DNA of 34,751 bases from contig JAYODI010000010.1 in the NCBI GenBank assembly GCA_038279365.1, forward strand, positions 1 through 34,751, read 5' to 3'. The position numbers were made by a program, and so were the translations under genes. Of this stretch, positions 18,403 through 26,963 are shown piece after piece; positions within the stretch are counted from its first letter, which is position 1; every line of letters starts with the position of its first letter. Origin of the DNA: Candidatus Latescibacterota bacterium (lineage in GTDB: Bacteria; Latescibacterota; UBA2968). The notes under the pieces were generated by a model that ran no database searches, was not told the DNA's origin, and was given only the letters and a program-made list of their open reading frames with translations.

Positions 18403-18939
18403 ATGGCGGGTTTATCGAAGTATCGGTTGTTGGTTATTGATGATGACGAATTGTTTCTTGAAATCGCACGTTTTAACCTGGATAAAGTCGGTTTTTCTGT
18501 CGAAGTTGTGTCTGATCCACGCGTTGGACTCAATCGGGCAATTGAAACACATTTTGATCTTATCTTGTTAGATTTGATGATGCCTGGGTTACGTGGTGAA
18601 GAGGTTTTGAGTTTATTAAAACCGCTGAATCAGCAACGTATTGTGGTTGTTAGTGGACACACTGGTAATGCACACAGAAGTCGGGCGCGTGATTTGGGGG
18701 CTGTGGCTTACCTGGAAAAACCTGTGGCGGCCAACAAGCTGTGTGATAAAGTGATAGATATTTTGGTAGATCACAAAAGGGATGCGGGGATGGTTGTTGA
18801 AGCCGACAGGGACAGCATTGTGGATTTGCCTGTGCGGTGGGTTTTTGGCGTGGGGCAAATTACACTTCCAATGCGGGTTATGGCTTGGATGGTTTTGTTG
18901 GGTTTGTTGTGCGTATTTATTTGGTTGGTGAAGTTTTGA
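18403..18939 (+). CDS. receiver-domain response regulator with C-terminal transmembrane tail
   Basis: LVIDDD, LLDLMMP, VVSG, YLEKP; hydrophobic C-terminus MAWMVLLGLLCVFIWLV. Confidence 0.85.
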   Translation: MAGLSKYRLLVIDDDELFLEIARFNLDKVGFSVEVVSDPRVGLNRAIETHFDLILLDLMMPGLRGEEVLSLLKPLNQQRIVVVSGHTGNAHRSRARDLGAVAYLEKPVAANKLCDKVIDILVDHKRDAGMVVEADRDSIVDLPVRWVFGVGQITLPMRVMAWMVLLGLLCVFIWLVKF

Positions 18940-19067
18940 TTTTTAAATTTTCTTAGTTTCTGGGCCGGATGGATTTTCATCCGGCTTTCACTTTTTATAA
19001 AACCGTTGAACAGTTGACAAGCAGTGGTGTTCAAAGGTGTTTCTTTTTCGAGGAAAGTGTGGGAAGC

Positions 19068-20375
19068 ATGGGGGATATTGCCTGTAAGTTTGGCGGGTCG
19101 TCTCTTGCCGATGCCAGTCAGATGCAAAAGGTGGCAAATATAGTTCGGGCAAATGGTGCAAGACGGTTTATTGTGCCATCTGCTCCAGGAAAACGTTCTG
19201 GAGATGATACAAAAATAACGGACTTATTGTATTTGTGTCACGAACTTGCACGACAGAAAATGGATATTTCTGAACCCTTTAAAAAAATTGAGACGCGTTT
19301 TTGTGCGCTGGTTACGGATTTGGGCGTTTCTGTGGATATTCAAGCCTTGCTGGACACGGTGCGCCAAGAAATTGAGAATGGGGCCAGTGAGCCGTTTGTT
19401 GCTTCGCGGGGAGAGTTTTTGAGTGGGCATGTTTTGGCGAGTTTGTTGGGGGCAACTTTTGTAGACCCGGCAGAGGTGGTTCGTTTTCGCAGTGATGGGC
19501 GATTAGATGTAGAAAGCTATCAATTATTGGCTTCACGCTTATCTGGAGATGGCTTATTTGTTGTGCCTGGGTTTTATGGGGCAGATGCCAAGGGCAATAT
19601 CCGCACGTTTACAAGAGGAGGTTCCGATATTACGGGTGCCCTTGTTGCACGTGCGGTAGGGGCGCAAGTTTATGAAAATTGGACGGATGTATCGGGGCTC
19701 TTGATGGCCGATCCGCGTATGGTAAAAGATCCGTTGGGTGTTGAGGATATTACTTATCGTGAGATACGCGAATTGTCTTATATGGGGGCATCGGTATTTC
19801 ACGATGAGGCAATGTTTCCGGTGCGAGAAGTAAATATCCCCATTCATATTCGCAATACCAACAAACCGGAGGATAAGGGAACATTCATTCGGCCCACGCG
19901 CCCTTTAACAGATCGGTTAATTGCAGGTGTGGCAGGACGGCCCAATTTTTCGATGTTATACATTGAAAAAGCATTGATGAATCAAACCCGTGGATTTGGG
20001 CGCCAGGTGTTGGAGGTGGTGGATAAACATGGTATCAGCTATGATCATATCCCTTCTGGTATAGATTCTATGTCGGTGATTATGAGCGATGAAGAAGTGG
20101 GCGACAATGGGGAGGCTTTGCTTGAAGATATCCAACGTATTTTAGAGCCAGATCGTGTCGAATTAATTTCTGGGTTGGCCTTGATCGCCACGGTGGGAGA
20201 AGGCATGTCACATCGGGTAGGTATTGCCGCGCGCTTATTTGGTGCTCTGGCAGATGCCCGTGTTAATGTGCGGGTGATCGACCAAGGCGCATCAGAGATT
20301 AATATTATAGTTGGTGTAGAAGAAGCTGATTTAAAACGAGCCATCGAGGCGATTTATCACGCATTTACCCAATAA
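19068..20375 (+). CDS. lysC: aspartate kinase
   Basis: KFGGSSLA, VPSAPG, SRGE, RGGSDITG, WTDVSG, ADPR, ELSYMGA and two ACT domains; ATG 19068 fits the family N-terminus. Confidence 0.93.
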   Translation: MGDIACKFGGSSLADASQMQKVANIVRANGARRFIVPSAPGKRSGDDTKITDLLYLCHELARQKMDISEPFKKIETRFCALVTDLGVSVDIQALLDTVRQEIENGASEPFVASRGEFLSGHVLASLLGATFVDPAEVVRFRSDGRLDVESYQLLASRLSGDGLFVVPGFYGADAKGNIRTFTRGGSDITGALVARAVGAQVYENWTDVSGLLMADPRMVKDPLGVEDITYREIRELSYMGASVFHDEAMFPVREVNIPIHIRNTNKPEDKGTFIRPTRPLTDRLIAGVAGRPNFSMLYIEKALMNQTRGFGRQVLEVVDKHGISYDHIPSGIDSMSVIMSDEEVGDNGEALLEDIQRILEPDRVELISGLALIATVGEGMSHRVGIAARLFGALADARVNVRVIDQGASEINIIVGVEEADLKRAIEAIYHAFTQ

Positions 20376-20386
20376 CGAGGTGCCAA

Positions 20387-21769
20387 TTGAAACGGATTGC
20401 CATTTTAACAGCCGGGGGAGATACCCCAGCATTGAACGCCACTTTGCATGGAGCTGTCACACGCGCAAGCCAACTCAAAATAGAAGTAATTGGACTCATA
20501 AAGGGATATAACAGTTTGCTCAATTCCCGTGTGCCATATGTACACTTAAACCCCTTGTTTAGAGAAATTCCAGAGTTGGATGCAACGATGGGGGGGACGG
20601 TTTTAGGGGCGTCGCGCGATTATGTCGATCCTGAAAACAAGGTGGTTTTGGATCAGATTATAGATCGCTTGGAAAGGCTACACGTTGATGGCATGATTTG
20701 TGTTGGTGGAGATGGTACGTTAAATGGTTTGCAACCCATAGCAGAAAGAATACCAGCAGTTTTGGCACCTAAGACCATTGATAATGATTTGGGCCTCAAC
20801 TATTCCAGCGAGTCACAAGAGTGGAGTCGCGTAGAAAGCACGGGGCGCAATGGATATCGTTATGTTCGGTCGGATATTCGAACCGAATTTGACTTGGAAT
20901 ATATGGTCAATTATGCAACGCCAGGATATGCAACGGCTGTTTATGATGCGGCAATGGGGCTCAAGCGTGTTCGGACAACCGCAGAAAGCCATCGTCGTAT
21001 TGCCATTATTGAAGTGATGGGCCGACATTCGGGATATATTGCTTTGGGTGTTGCTTATGGACAACCCGATATCATTTTGGTCCCTGAATCGCCTGTTAAT
21101 TTTCCACGATTGGTCGAGCGCGTCAAAGAGATTTATGACCGCCAAAAAAATGTGGTCATTGTTTGTGGAGAAGGTATTGTGGATGAGGCCGGTAATGAAT
21201 TGGGGGCTGCCACCAAATCAACAGACCCTGCTGGCAATGTGCTTTTAAGTGGTGCTGCAGAGGCTTTGCGGCGTTTGCTTATGGAACAAATTGGCGATGC
21301 TTACTTTATAGATAAACGGCGCAGTGAATCGGCCAGTGCCGCTATTTTTACGCGCAAAGTGGGGCACACACAACGCGGTGGTCGCCCCATACTTTTTGAT
21401 CGTTTCTACGCCAGTCAGTTAGGTGGCAAAGCTGTAGATATGTTATTGGAAGGGCAAAATAACACCATTGCCATATTACAATGGAATCGAGAAGATGGGT
21501 TTTTCTTAGACAGCATTGAAGCAAATACCCTGCGTGATCAATGGGGCCATATTCATGCGCGCAATTTGCATCCATCTTTTTATGATGCAGAAGCGATGAA
21601 ACCCTCGCGTATGGGCATAGAGTATCTCTTGCCTATTTTTACCACAGCCATTGGGCATGATGATGTTGAAAACATTCGCAGAACCTTGTTTGATGCGGGG
21701 AATTTGTTGCGTCCATATCATTCTGTAAACGTAGATATTGCCAAGCGCATTCGGTATTTGGAGGAATAA
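20387..21769 (+). CDS. pfkA: PfkA-family phosphofructokinase (atypical, with insertion)
   Basis: TAGGDTPALN, GGTVLG, GGDGT, PKTIDND, EVMGRHSG, GHTQRGG; TTG start after GAGGTG. Confidence 0.88.
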   Translation: MKRIAILTAGGDTPALNATLHGAVTRASQLKIEVIGLIKGYNSLLNSRVPYVHLNPLFREIPELDATMGGTVLGASRDYVDPENKVVLDQIIDRLERLHVDGMICVGGDGTLNGLQPIAERIPAVLAPKTIDNDLGLNYSSESQEWSRVESTGRNGYRYVRSDIRTEFDLEYMVNYATPGYATAVYDAAMGLKRVRTTAESHRRIAIIEVMGRHSGYIALGVAYGQPDIILVPESPVNFPRLVERVKEIYDRQKNVVIVCGEGIVDEAGNELGAATKSTDPAGNVLLSGAAEALRRLLMEQIGDAYFIDKRRSESASAAIFTRKVGHTQRGGRPILFDRFYASQLGGKAVDMLLEGQNNTIAILQWNREDGFFLDSIEANTLRDQWGHIHARNLHPSFYDAEAMKPSRMGIEYLLPIFTTAIGHDDVENIRRTLFDAGNLLRPYHSVNVDIAKRIRYLEE

Positions 21770-23112
21770 TGTTGGGGCATTTTGAAAATGCTTTGGCGCA
21801 GGGTTTGCCCCAAAGTTGTGTCGATTCAAAGCGTGTTTTGTTGGCGCGCTTGATGGAGGCATGGAAAGGTTTTGCTGCCGGTGGCCCCGAACATGTTTTT
21901 TGGGTTCCTGGCCGAATTGAAGTGTTGGGTAAACATACGGACTACTGTGGGGGGCGCAGTTTATTGGCCACTGCAAGTCGGGGGTTTATGTTTGGTGTTT
22001 CACCCCGTAGCGATTTGAACGTTCGGGTAAAAGATGCGGTTTCTGAAGAAACAATAGAAAGTCGTTTGCACCCTGATGTCACTCCGCGATTGGGTCACTG
22101 GTCCAATTATCCAGAAACGGTTTTTCGTCGTCTTGCACGCAACTTTGTTGGAGATTTAAAAGGTGCAGATATTGTCTTTGCCAGCGATCTTCCTCCGGCG
22201 GCAGGTATGAGCAGTTCCAGTGCATTGATGGTTGGTTTTTATCTGGTTATAAATGCCATAAATGGCTTGGAAGAGCGGGAAGAATTCAAAGAGAACATCC
22301 GCTCTGCAGAAGATTTGGCAGGATATTTGGGCACCCTTGAAAACGGCCAAACATTTGGAACGCTTGTTGGTGATAAAGGTGTGGGCACCTTTGGTGGCAG
22401 TGAAGATCACACGGCTATTATGAATTGTCAGGTAGGCAAGTTGAGTCAGTATGCATATTGCCCTGTGCAATTTGAACGCGCAATGGTTCTACCCGAATCG
22501 TATACTTTTGCGATTGGTGTAAGTGGTGTGGTTGCAGAAAAAACAGGTGATGCCATGGAAAAATACAATCGGGCATCACGGTTGGCATTTACGGCATTGG
22601 ATGTGTGGAATCAAATATCCAAACGCCATGACCCACATCTGTCAGAAGCCATACAACAAGCAGGTGTGGATGAGATTCGGAGCATATTGAAAAAAGCACC
22701 CAGTGGAGAATTTGCGGCAGATGATCTTGTTCGTAGATTTGACCATTTTGCCATCGAAAATGAAGACATCTTGCCCAAGGCTGGTGATGCATTGGCCTTG
22801 GGAGATGTGAAGGGTTTTGGTGAGTGGGCCAATCGGTCACAAGCCCAAGGTGTTGGGTTGTTGAAAAACCAAATTCCAGAAACAGAAACACTTGCTCAAT
22901 TGGCTGTGGGGTTGGGGGCTTGTGGGGCATCGGCATTTGGCGCGGGGTTTGGTGGCAGTGTTTGGGCGCTTGTGGAACGACACACAGTTGGTGAATTTTT
23001 GTGTGCCTGGAAAGATGCCTATATGCAACAATTTGCTCAACACCAAAGTTTGTGCCAATTTTTTTCTACCGATGCCTCAACGGGGGCTTTTGAAGTGGTT
23101 GCAGAAGTTTGA
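21769..23112 (+). CDS. galactokinase-like GHMP kinase
   Basis: PGRIEVLGKHTDY, PPAAGMSSSSA, GAGFGGS; TAATG-coupled to pfkA. Confidence 0.85.
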   Translation: MLGHFENALAQGLPQSCVDSKRVLLARLMEAWKGFAAGGPEHVFWVPGRIEVLGKHTDYCGGRSLLATASRGFMFGVSPRSDLNVRVKDAVSEETIESRLHPDVTPRLGHWSNYPETVFRRLARNFVGDLKGADIVFASDLPPAAGMSSSSALMVGFYLVINAINGLEEREEFKENIRSAEDLAGYLGTLENGQTFGTLVGDKGVGTFGGSEDHTAIMNCQVGKLSQYAYCPVQFERAMVLPESYTFAIGVSGVVAEKTGDAMEKYNRASRLAFTALDVWNQISKRHDPHLSEAIQQAGVDEIRSILKKAPSGEFAADDLVRRFDHFAIENEDILPKAGDALALGDVKGFGEWANRSQAQGVGLLKNQIPETETLAQLAVGLGACGASAFGAGFGGSVWALVERHTVGEFLCAWKDAYMQQFAQHQSLCQFFSTDASTGAFEVVAEV

Positions 23113-23153
23113 GGATGGTTTTGAAAAGGTTTTCATTGGTCTTGTTAAATGAT

Positions 23154-23187
23154 AAATAAAAAGCCCCCAATTTGGCATTGGGGGCTT
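23154..23187 (-). terminator. intrinsic terminator for - strand enolase-family gene
   Basis: AAGCCCCCAAT-ttggc-ATTGGGGGCTT preceded by an A-rich run, which is a U tract on the - strand. Confidence 0.75.
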
Positions 23188-23213
23188 AGACCTCAAGCTA
23201 AGTATGTGTCAAC

Positions 23214-23248
23214 GCCTCCAGCACTTGATAAGTGTTGGGGGCTTTTTT
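23214..23248 (+). terminator. intrinsic terminator for lysC-pfk-kinase transcript
   Basis: GCCTCCAGCACTT-gat-AAGTGTTGGGGGC followed by T6; its G-U pairs form only on the + strand RNA. Confidence 0.75.
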
Positions 23249-23256
23249 GTGCCTGA

Positions 23257-24519
23257 TTATTTTTTAGAGATGTTCTCTTTTTTTCGAACAGGTGACACAA
23301 GGGATTCTTGGTAGAGTTTGTCAAACGCTTTTGAACCATTGTCTTCAATGACATCGAGTGACGAACCCTTTTCGGAAATGGGTTGCACATCACGTGGATA
23401 CACATGGTGGAGATCTTGTTTGGAACAAGCGTAGTATGTGCACGCGCCACTTTTGCGTGTGTAGCGATAAAGGTGGCGTGGGGGATCGACCCAAGTATAA
23501 TCTACGGCATATTTTTTAAGCGCTTGGGGGTTGATGTCGACACCCAAACCTGGGGTTTCTGTTACGCGATAAAAACCACCGTGAATGTCAATGGCGGGTT
23601 TGATGAGTGGGTCTTTCCAAATGTTCATACACGTAATGGCGGGCCATTTGGCTTGGGGCAATACAGCACCTAAGTGTGCCGCCCAAGCGGTGGTGATGCC
23701 AGAGCCCACCAATTGCAACCAAAAAGGTTTGTTCCATTGTTCACAAACAGCGGCTTGTTTTAGAATGCGGGAAGCACCTGCACAAACAACAAACCCATCG
23801 GTTACATCTTCGCGCATGGTGGTTTCTATGGGTGGGTTGTTGTAGTGCATGGCCAATGGGCGTGCAATGAGATTGCGAATTTGTTTGTTGCCTGCCACGT
23901 CATTTTGGGGAATGGGCGTCTCAATCATGGCTATTTCGGAATAGGCTTCGAGCTCGCGTAAATGGGGTATGGCATTGGCCGAATTTGCAAGGGTGCCGTT
24001 GTAATCTAAGTCGAGGTGAAAACCTGGCGGAATGACTTTTTGCACGGCTTGAATGGCGGCGTGTAAATCGTACCAAGGGCGGGCTTTGAGCTTGGCGCTT
24101 GTATAACCTGCTTTAACGGCTTGGCGACATTCTTCAGCCCATCCATTTGGAGGCATATCCATGTTCCACCAGCTAATGGGGCACCAATCGCGCACCTTGG
24201 TGCCTAAGAGACGATAAATGGGTACGCCTTGTGCTTTGGCAACCGCGTCGAAAAGGGCCATTTGTACACCTGCCCCCAATTCATCATCCCACATCAATTC
24301 TGCAGCGGGTTTGCCAATGGTAAGGTCTTGGATTTTGGGGGAAACTTTTGCCCACGTATAATTGGGCATGGTTTCCCCCCATCCTTCAATGCCATTTTCT
24401 AATGTGATGTGACAAATTTCGTGGATGCGCCAATGGGGCAACCAATATCCCAAATGTTTTTGGCTGTGGTTGGTAAAAGGGACATCCAAGTGGATGAGTT
24501 CGAGCTTTTTAACTTTCAT
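23257..24519 (-). CDS. mandelate racemase/muconate lactonizing enzyme (enolase superfamily)
   Basis: GWGE, QMALFDAVAKAQGVPIYRLLG, KLK, LDYN, IETP; ATG 24519 after GGAGG. Confidence 0.88.
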   Translation of the reverse strand: MKVKKLELIHLDVPFTNHSQKHLGYWLPHWRIHEICHITLENGIEGWGETMPNYTWAKVSPKIQDLTIGKPAAELMWDDELGAGVQMALFDAVAKAQGVPIYRLLGTKVRDWCPISWWNMDMPPNGWAEECRQAVKAGYTSAKLKARPWYDLHAAIQAVQKVIPPGFHLDLDYNGTLANSANAIPHLRELEAYSEIAMIETPIPQNDVAGNKQIRNLIARPLAMHYNNPPIETTMREDVTDGFVVCAGASRILKQAAVCEQWNKPFWLQLVGSGITTAWAAHLGAVLPQAKWPAITCMNIWKDPLIKPAIDIHGGFYRVTETPGLGVDINPQALKKYAVDYTWVDPPRHLYRYTRKSGACTYYACSKQDLHHVYPRDVQPISEKGSSLDVIEDNGSKAFDKLYQESLVSPVRKKENISKK

Positions 24520-24553
24520 TTTGCCTCCAAAGAAGATAGGGGTTTGGTTTTGC

Positions 24554-24623
24554 ACAATAGCAATGGGGGCACTCAATGTCAAGTGAAACAGCATTTGACC
24601 CTGCCATGAAATGGACACATATT
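24554..24623. promoter_or_regulatory. back-to-back divergent sigma70 promoters
   Basis: - strand: TTGACA (24582-24577), 17 bp, TATTGT with TGn extension. + strand: TTGACC (24595-24600), 17 bp, CATATT. Confidence 0.6.
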
Positions 24624-24682
24624 GTCAGGGTTGTTTGGCCTTTATAGGGTTCATTTGGGAATGGTATTTAAAGGAGGGAATT

Positions 24683-25672
24683 ATGGCTGTTCGTTGTCTT
24701 CATATTGGTGTGGGCGGGCGCGGGAAATGGCCCGTTCGGTTGTTTACTGAGCGCGAGGATGTGGAGAGTGTCGCATTTGTAGATATACATGAAGGAAACA
24801 TGAATGCGGCCATGGATGTGGCAAACATGCCAGAGTCAAAATGTTTTCGAACGTTAGGACAAGCACTTAGCAAAGTAGAATGTGATGCCGTTATTATCAT
24901 CACACCGCCCGATGATCATGCGTCTATGATTTTGGAGGCCATTCGAGCTGGGAAAAATGTTTTGGTGGAAAAACCATTTACCAAAACATTGGCTTCAGCA
25001 AAGTATATAGTTGATGAGGCCGATCGGTTGGGGGTAAAAGTGGGTGTCAGCCAAAATGCAAAATATACGCCAGCCACAGTTACTTTGGCACGTCACCTGC
25101 GTGAAGAAACGTATGGCAAAACAAGTTTTGGTTTGTTTACAAAAATAGGTTGGCGCAGCAAGGGCGTGCACCATTCTGGAGAGGATGACCATTCTTATTT
25201 GTGGGAGCGGGGTATCCATGATTTGGACACCATGCGTTATATTATGGGCAAAGATCCTGTGAGAATGTGGGCGCATAGCTTTAATCCTTCTTGGAGCCCC
25301 TACAAAGGTGGGGCGGGTGTATCGGGATGGGTGGAATTTGATGGTGGGGCAACATGCACGTATTTTGCCACATTTGAACCGCATAAATCGGGTGGTGAGA
25401 CACGTGTAGATGTGGAGGAAGGAACATTGTCGATTGAAGGAGGGAAGTTGATCTTGACGCGTCGCAAAGCAGATCCTGAAGAATTGGCGTTGGATGCCGT
25501 GCCCGATTCGACCACGGCGATTACCAATCAGTTTGTGGCGTGGGTCAATGGTGGTCCTGAGCCAGAATTTGCCGCCCGGCACAATTTGAAAACAATGGCA
25601 ATGGTTGAAGGTATGGGCATTTCGTCTGAAGCGGGAAGAATTGTTTCTTTGAAGGAGTTCATCAATGTCTGA
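24683..25672 (+). CDS. Gfo/Idh/MocA-family oxidoreductase
   Basis: IGVGGRG, ITPPDDH, VLVEKP, GIHDLD; RBS AAGGAGG. Confidence 0.92.
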   Translation: MAVRCLHIGVGGRGKWPVRLFTEREDVESVAFVDIHEGNMNAAMDVANMPESKCFRTLGQALSKVECDAVIIITPPDDHASMILEAIRAGKNVLVEKPFTKTLASAKYIVDEADRLGVKVGVSQNAKYTPATVTLARHLREETYGKTSFGLFTKIGWRSKGVHHSGEDDHSYLWERGIHDLDTMRYIMGKDPVRMWAHSFNPSWSPYKGGAGVSGWVEFDGGATCTYFATFEPHKSGGETRVDVEEGTLSIEGGKLILTRRKADPEELALDAVPDSTTAITNQFVAWVNGGPEPEFAARHNLKTMAMVEGMGISSEAGRIVSLKEFINV

Positions 25673-26807
25673 ACAAAGTGTCATTGGAGGATATGGTTCT
25701 TGGGCGGCTTCTTTGGTGGGAGATGCACCAGGTCGATTGTCTTTTCGAAACGAAAAATTTGTAGATGTGGATACTTGGCGTGTGCAAGCACGGGCACGGT
25801 TGATGGATTGTCTTGCTGCGCCCGACACAGGTGGGATGCCAACGGTGCAGGTATTGGAGCGGGGCTCATATGATGGGTTGGTGTATGAGAAAATAGCTTG
25901 GCAATTGCCGTATGGCAACGCAACGGAAGCGTATGTTTTGAAGCCAGAAGGGGCAACGGGACCTTTGCCTGGCATATTGGGCTTGCATGACCACGCGGGA
26001 AAAAAATATTTTGGCAAAAGAAAAATCACACGTTTGGCAGAAGATTGGCACCCTATGATGTTGGAACATTATGACCATTACTATGAGGGCGTACCTTGGG
26101 CAAATGCCATTGCCAAACGGGGGTATGTGGTTTTGGTTCCCGATGCTTTTCCATTTGCAAGCAGGCGGGTTATGATTGGAGATGTTTCAGATCGTTCACG
26201 CGAGGGATTAAGTGACGATGATCCTGAAAATCCTGAAAATATCTTAAAATACAATCGATGGGCCGCAAACCATGAATCAACAATGGCGAAATCACTCTTT
26301 TGTGCAGGGACAACTTGGCCCGGGGTTTTTTTGTCGGAAGATCAACGTGCCTTAGATGTGCTGTGTGCCAGAGACGATGTGGACGAAAACAATGTGGGGT
26401 GTGGCGGTCTTTCGGGAGGGGGCATGCGCACCGTATTTTTGGGTGGGGCAGATGACCGAATCAAGTGTGCAATTTGCGTGGGGTTGATGAGTACTTGGCG
26501 AGATTTTTTATTAAACAAATCGTTTACCCATACGTGGATGACATATGTACCATTGTTGCCTAAAGATTTAGACTTTCCCGAAATATTGGGGCTTCGAGCA
26601 CCGATGCCAACAATGGTTCTAAATGATGAAGATGACCAATTGTTTACCTTACCCGAAATGAAACGGGCTGACACCATTTTGCGTGATGTTTTTGAAAAGG
26701 CTGGTGCTGGCGATCGGTACCAAGGTTCATTTTATCCTGGCCCACACAAGTTTGATTTGGCCATGCAAAAGGAGGCATTCGCTTGGTTTGATCGATGGCT
26801 TAAGTAA
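25665..26807 (+). CDS. alpha/beta hydrolase (dienelactone hydrolase / carbohydrate esterase-like)
   Basis: PGILGLHDHAG, nucleophile GLSGGG, D..LF, GPH. Confidence 0.85.
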   Translation: MSEQSVIGGYGSWAASLVGDAPGRLSFRNEKFVDVDTWRVQARARLMDCLAAPDTGGMPTVQVLERGSYDGLVYEKIAWQLPYGNATEAYVLKPEGATGPLPGILGLHDHAGKKYFGKRKITRLAEDWHPMMLEHYDHYYEGVPWANAIAKRGYVVLVPDAFPFASRRVMIGDVSDRSREGLSDDDPENPENILKYNRWAANHESTMAKSLFCAGTTWPGVFLSEDQRALDVLCARDDVDENNVGCGGLSGGGMRTVFLGGADDRIKCAICVGLMSTWRDFLLNKSFTHTWMTYVPLLPKDLDFPEILGLRAPMPTMVLNDEDDQLFTLPEMKRADTILRDVFEKAGAGDRYQGSFYPGPHKFDLAMQKEAFAWFDRWLK

Positions 26808-26832
26808 GTTTGTACTTACTTGTGGAAAATAA

Positions 26833-26860
26833 GGAACCATTCTCTTTATCAGGTGTCTTA
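26833..26860 (+). promoter_or_regulatory. candidate ECF (sigmaE-like) promoter
   Basis: GGAACC, 16 bp spacer, GTCTTA. Confidence 0.45.
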
Positions 26861-26910
26861 ATACCTGTTTGGGCAAGCCGGGAAACTTGCCGGGAATGGG
26901 TAATGGTCGT

Positions 26911-26939
26911 GCCGATTCCAAAACGGGAATCGGCTTTTT
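26911..26939 (+). terminator. intrinsic terminator / possible attenuator
   Basis: GCCGATTCC-aaaacg-GGAATCGGC followed by TTTTT, ending about 25 nt before the next start codon. Confidence 0.7.
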
Positions 26940-26963
26940 CCTTATTTTATGGAGGGGTGCTGT

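Noticed and set aside
18940-19067. Lysine riboswitch upstream of aspartate kinase
   Set aside because: The gap is only about 128 nt and lacks the AGAGGUGC start and L-box stems.
24995-26029. 344-aa antisense ORF
   Set aside because: Lies entirely opposite two well-supported genes and has no motifs; shadow ORF.
26871-26900. c-di-GMP-I riboswitch (GGGCAA..GAAA)
   Set aside because: Lacks the following GACGCAAA junction and P3 receptor stem.
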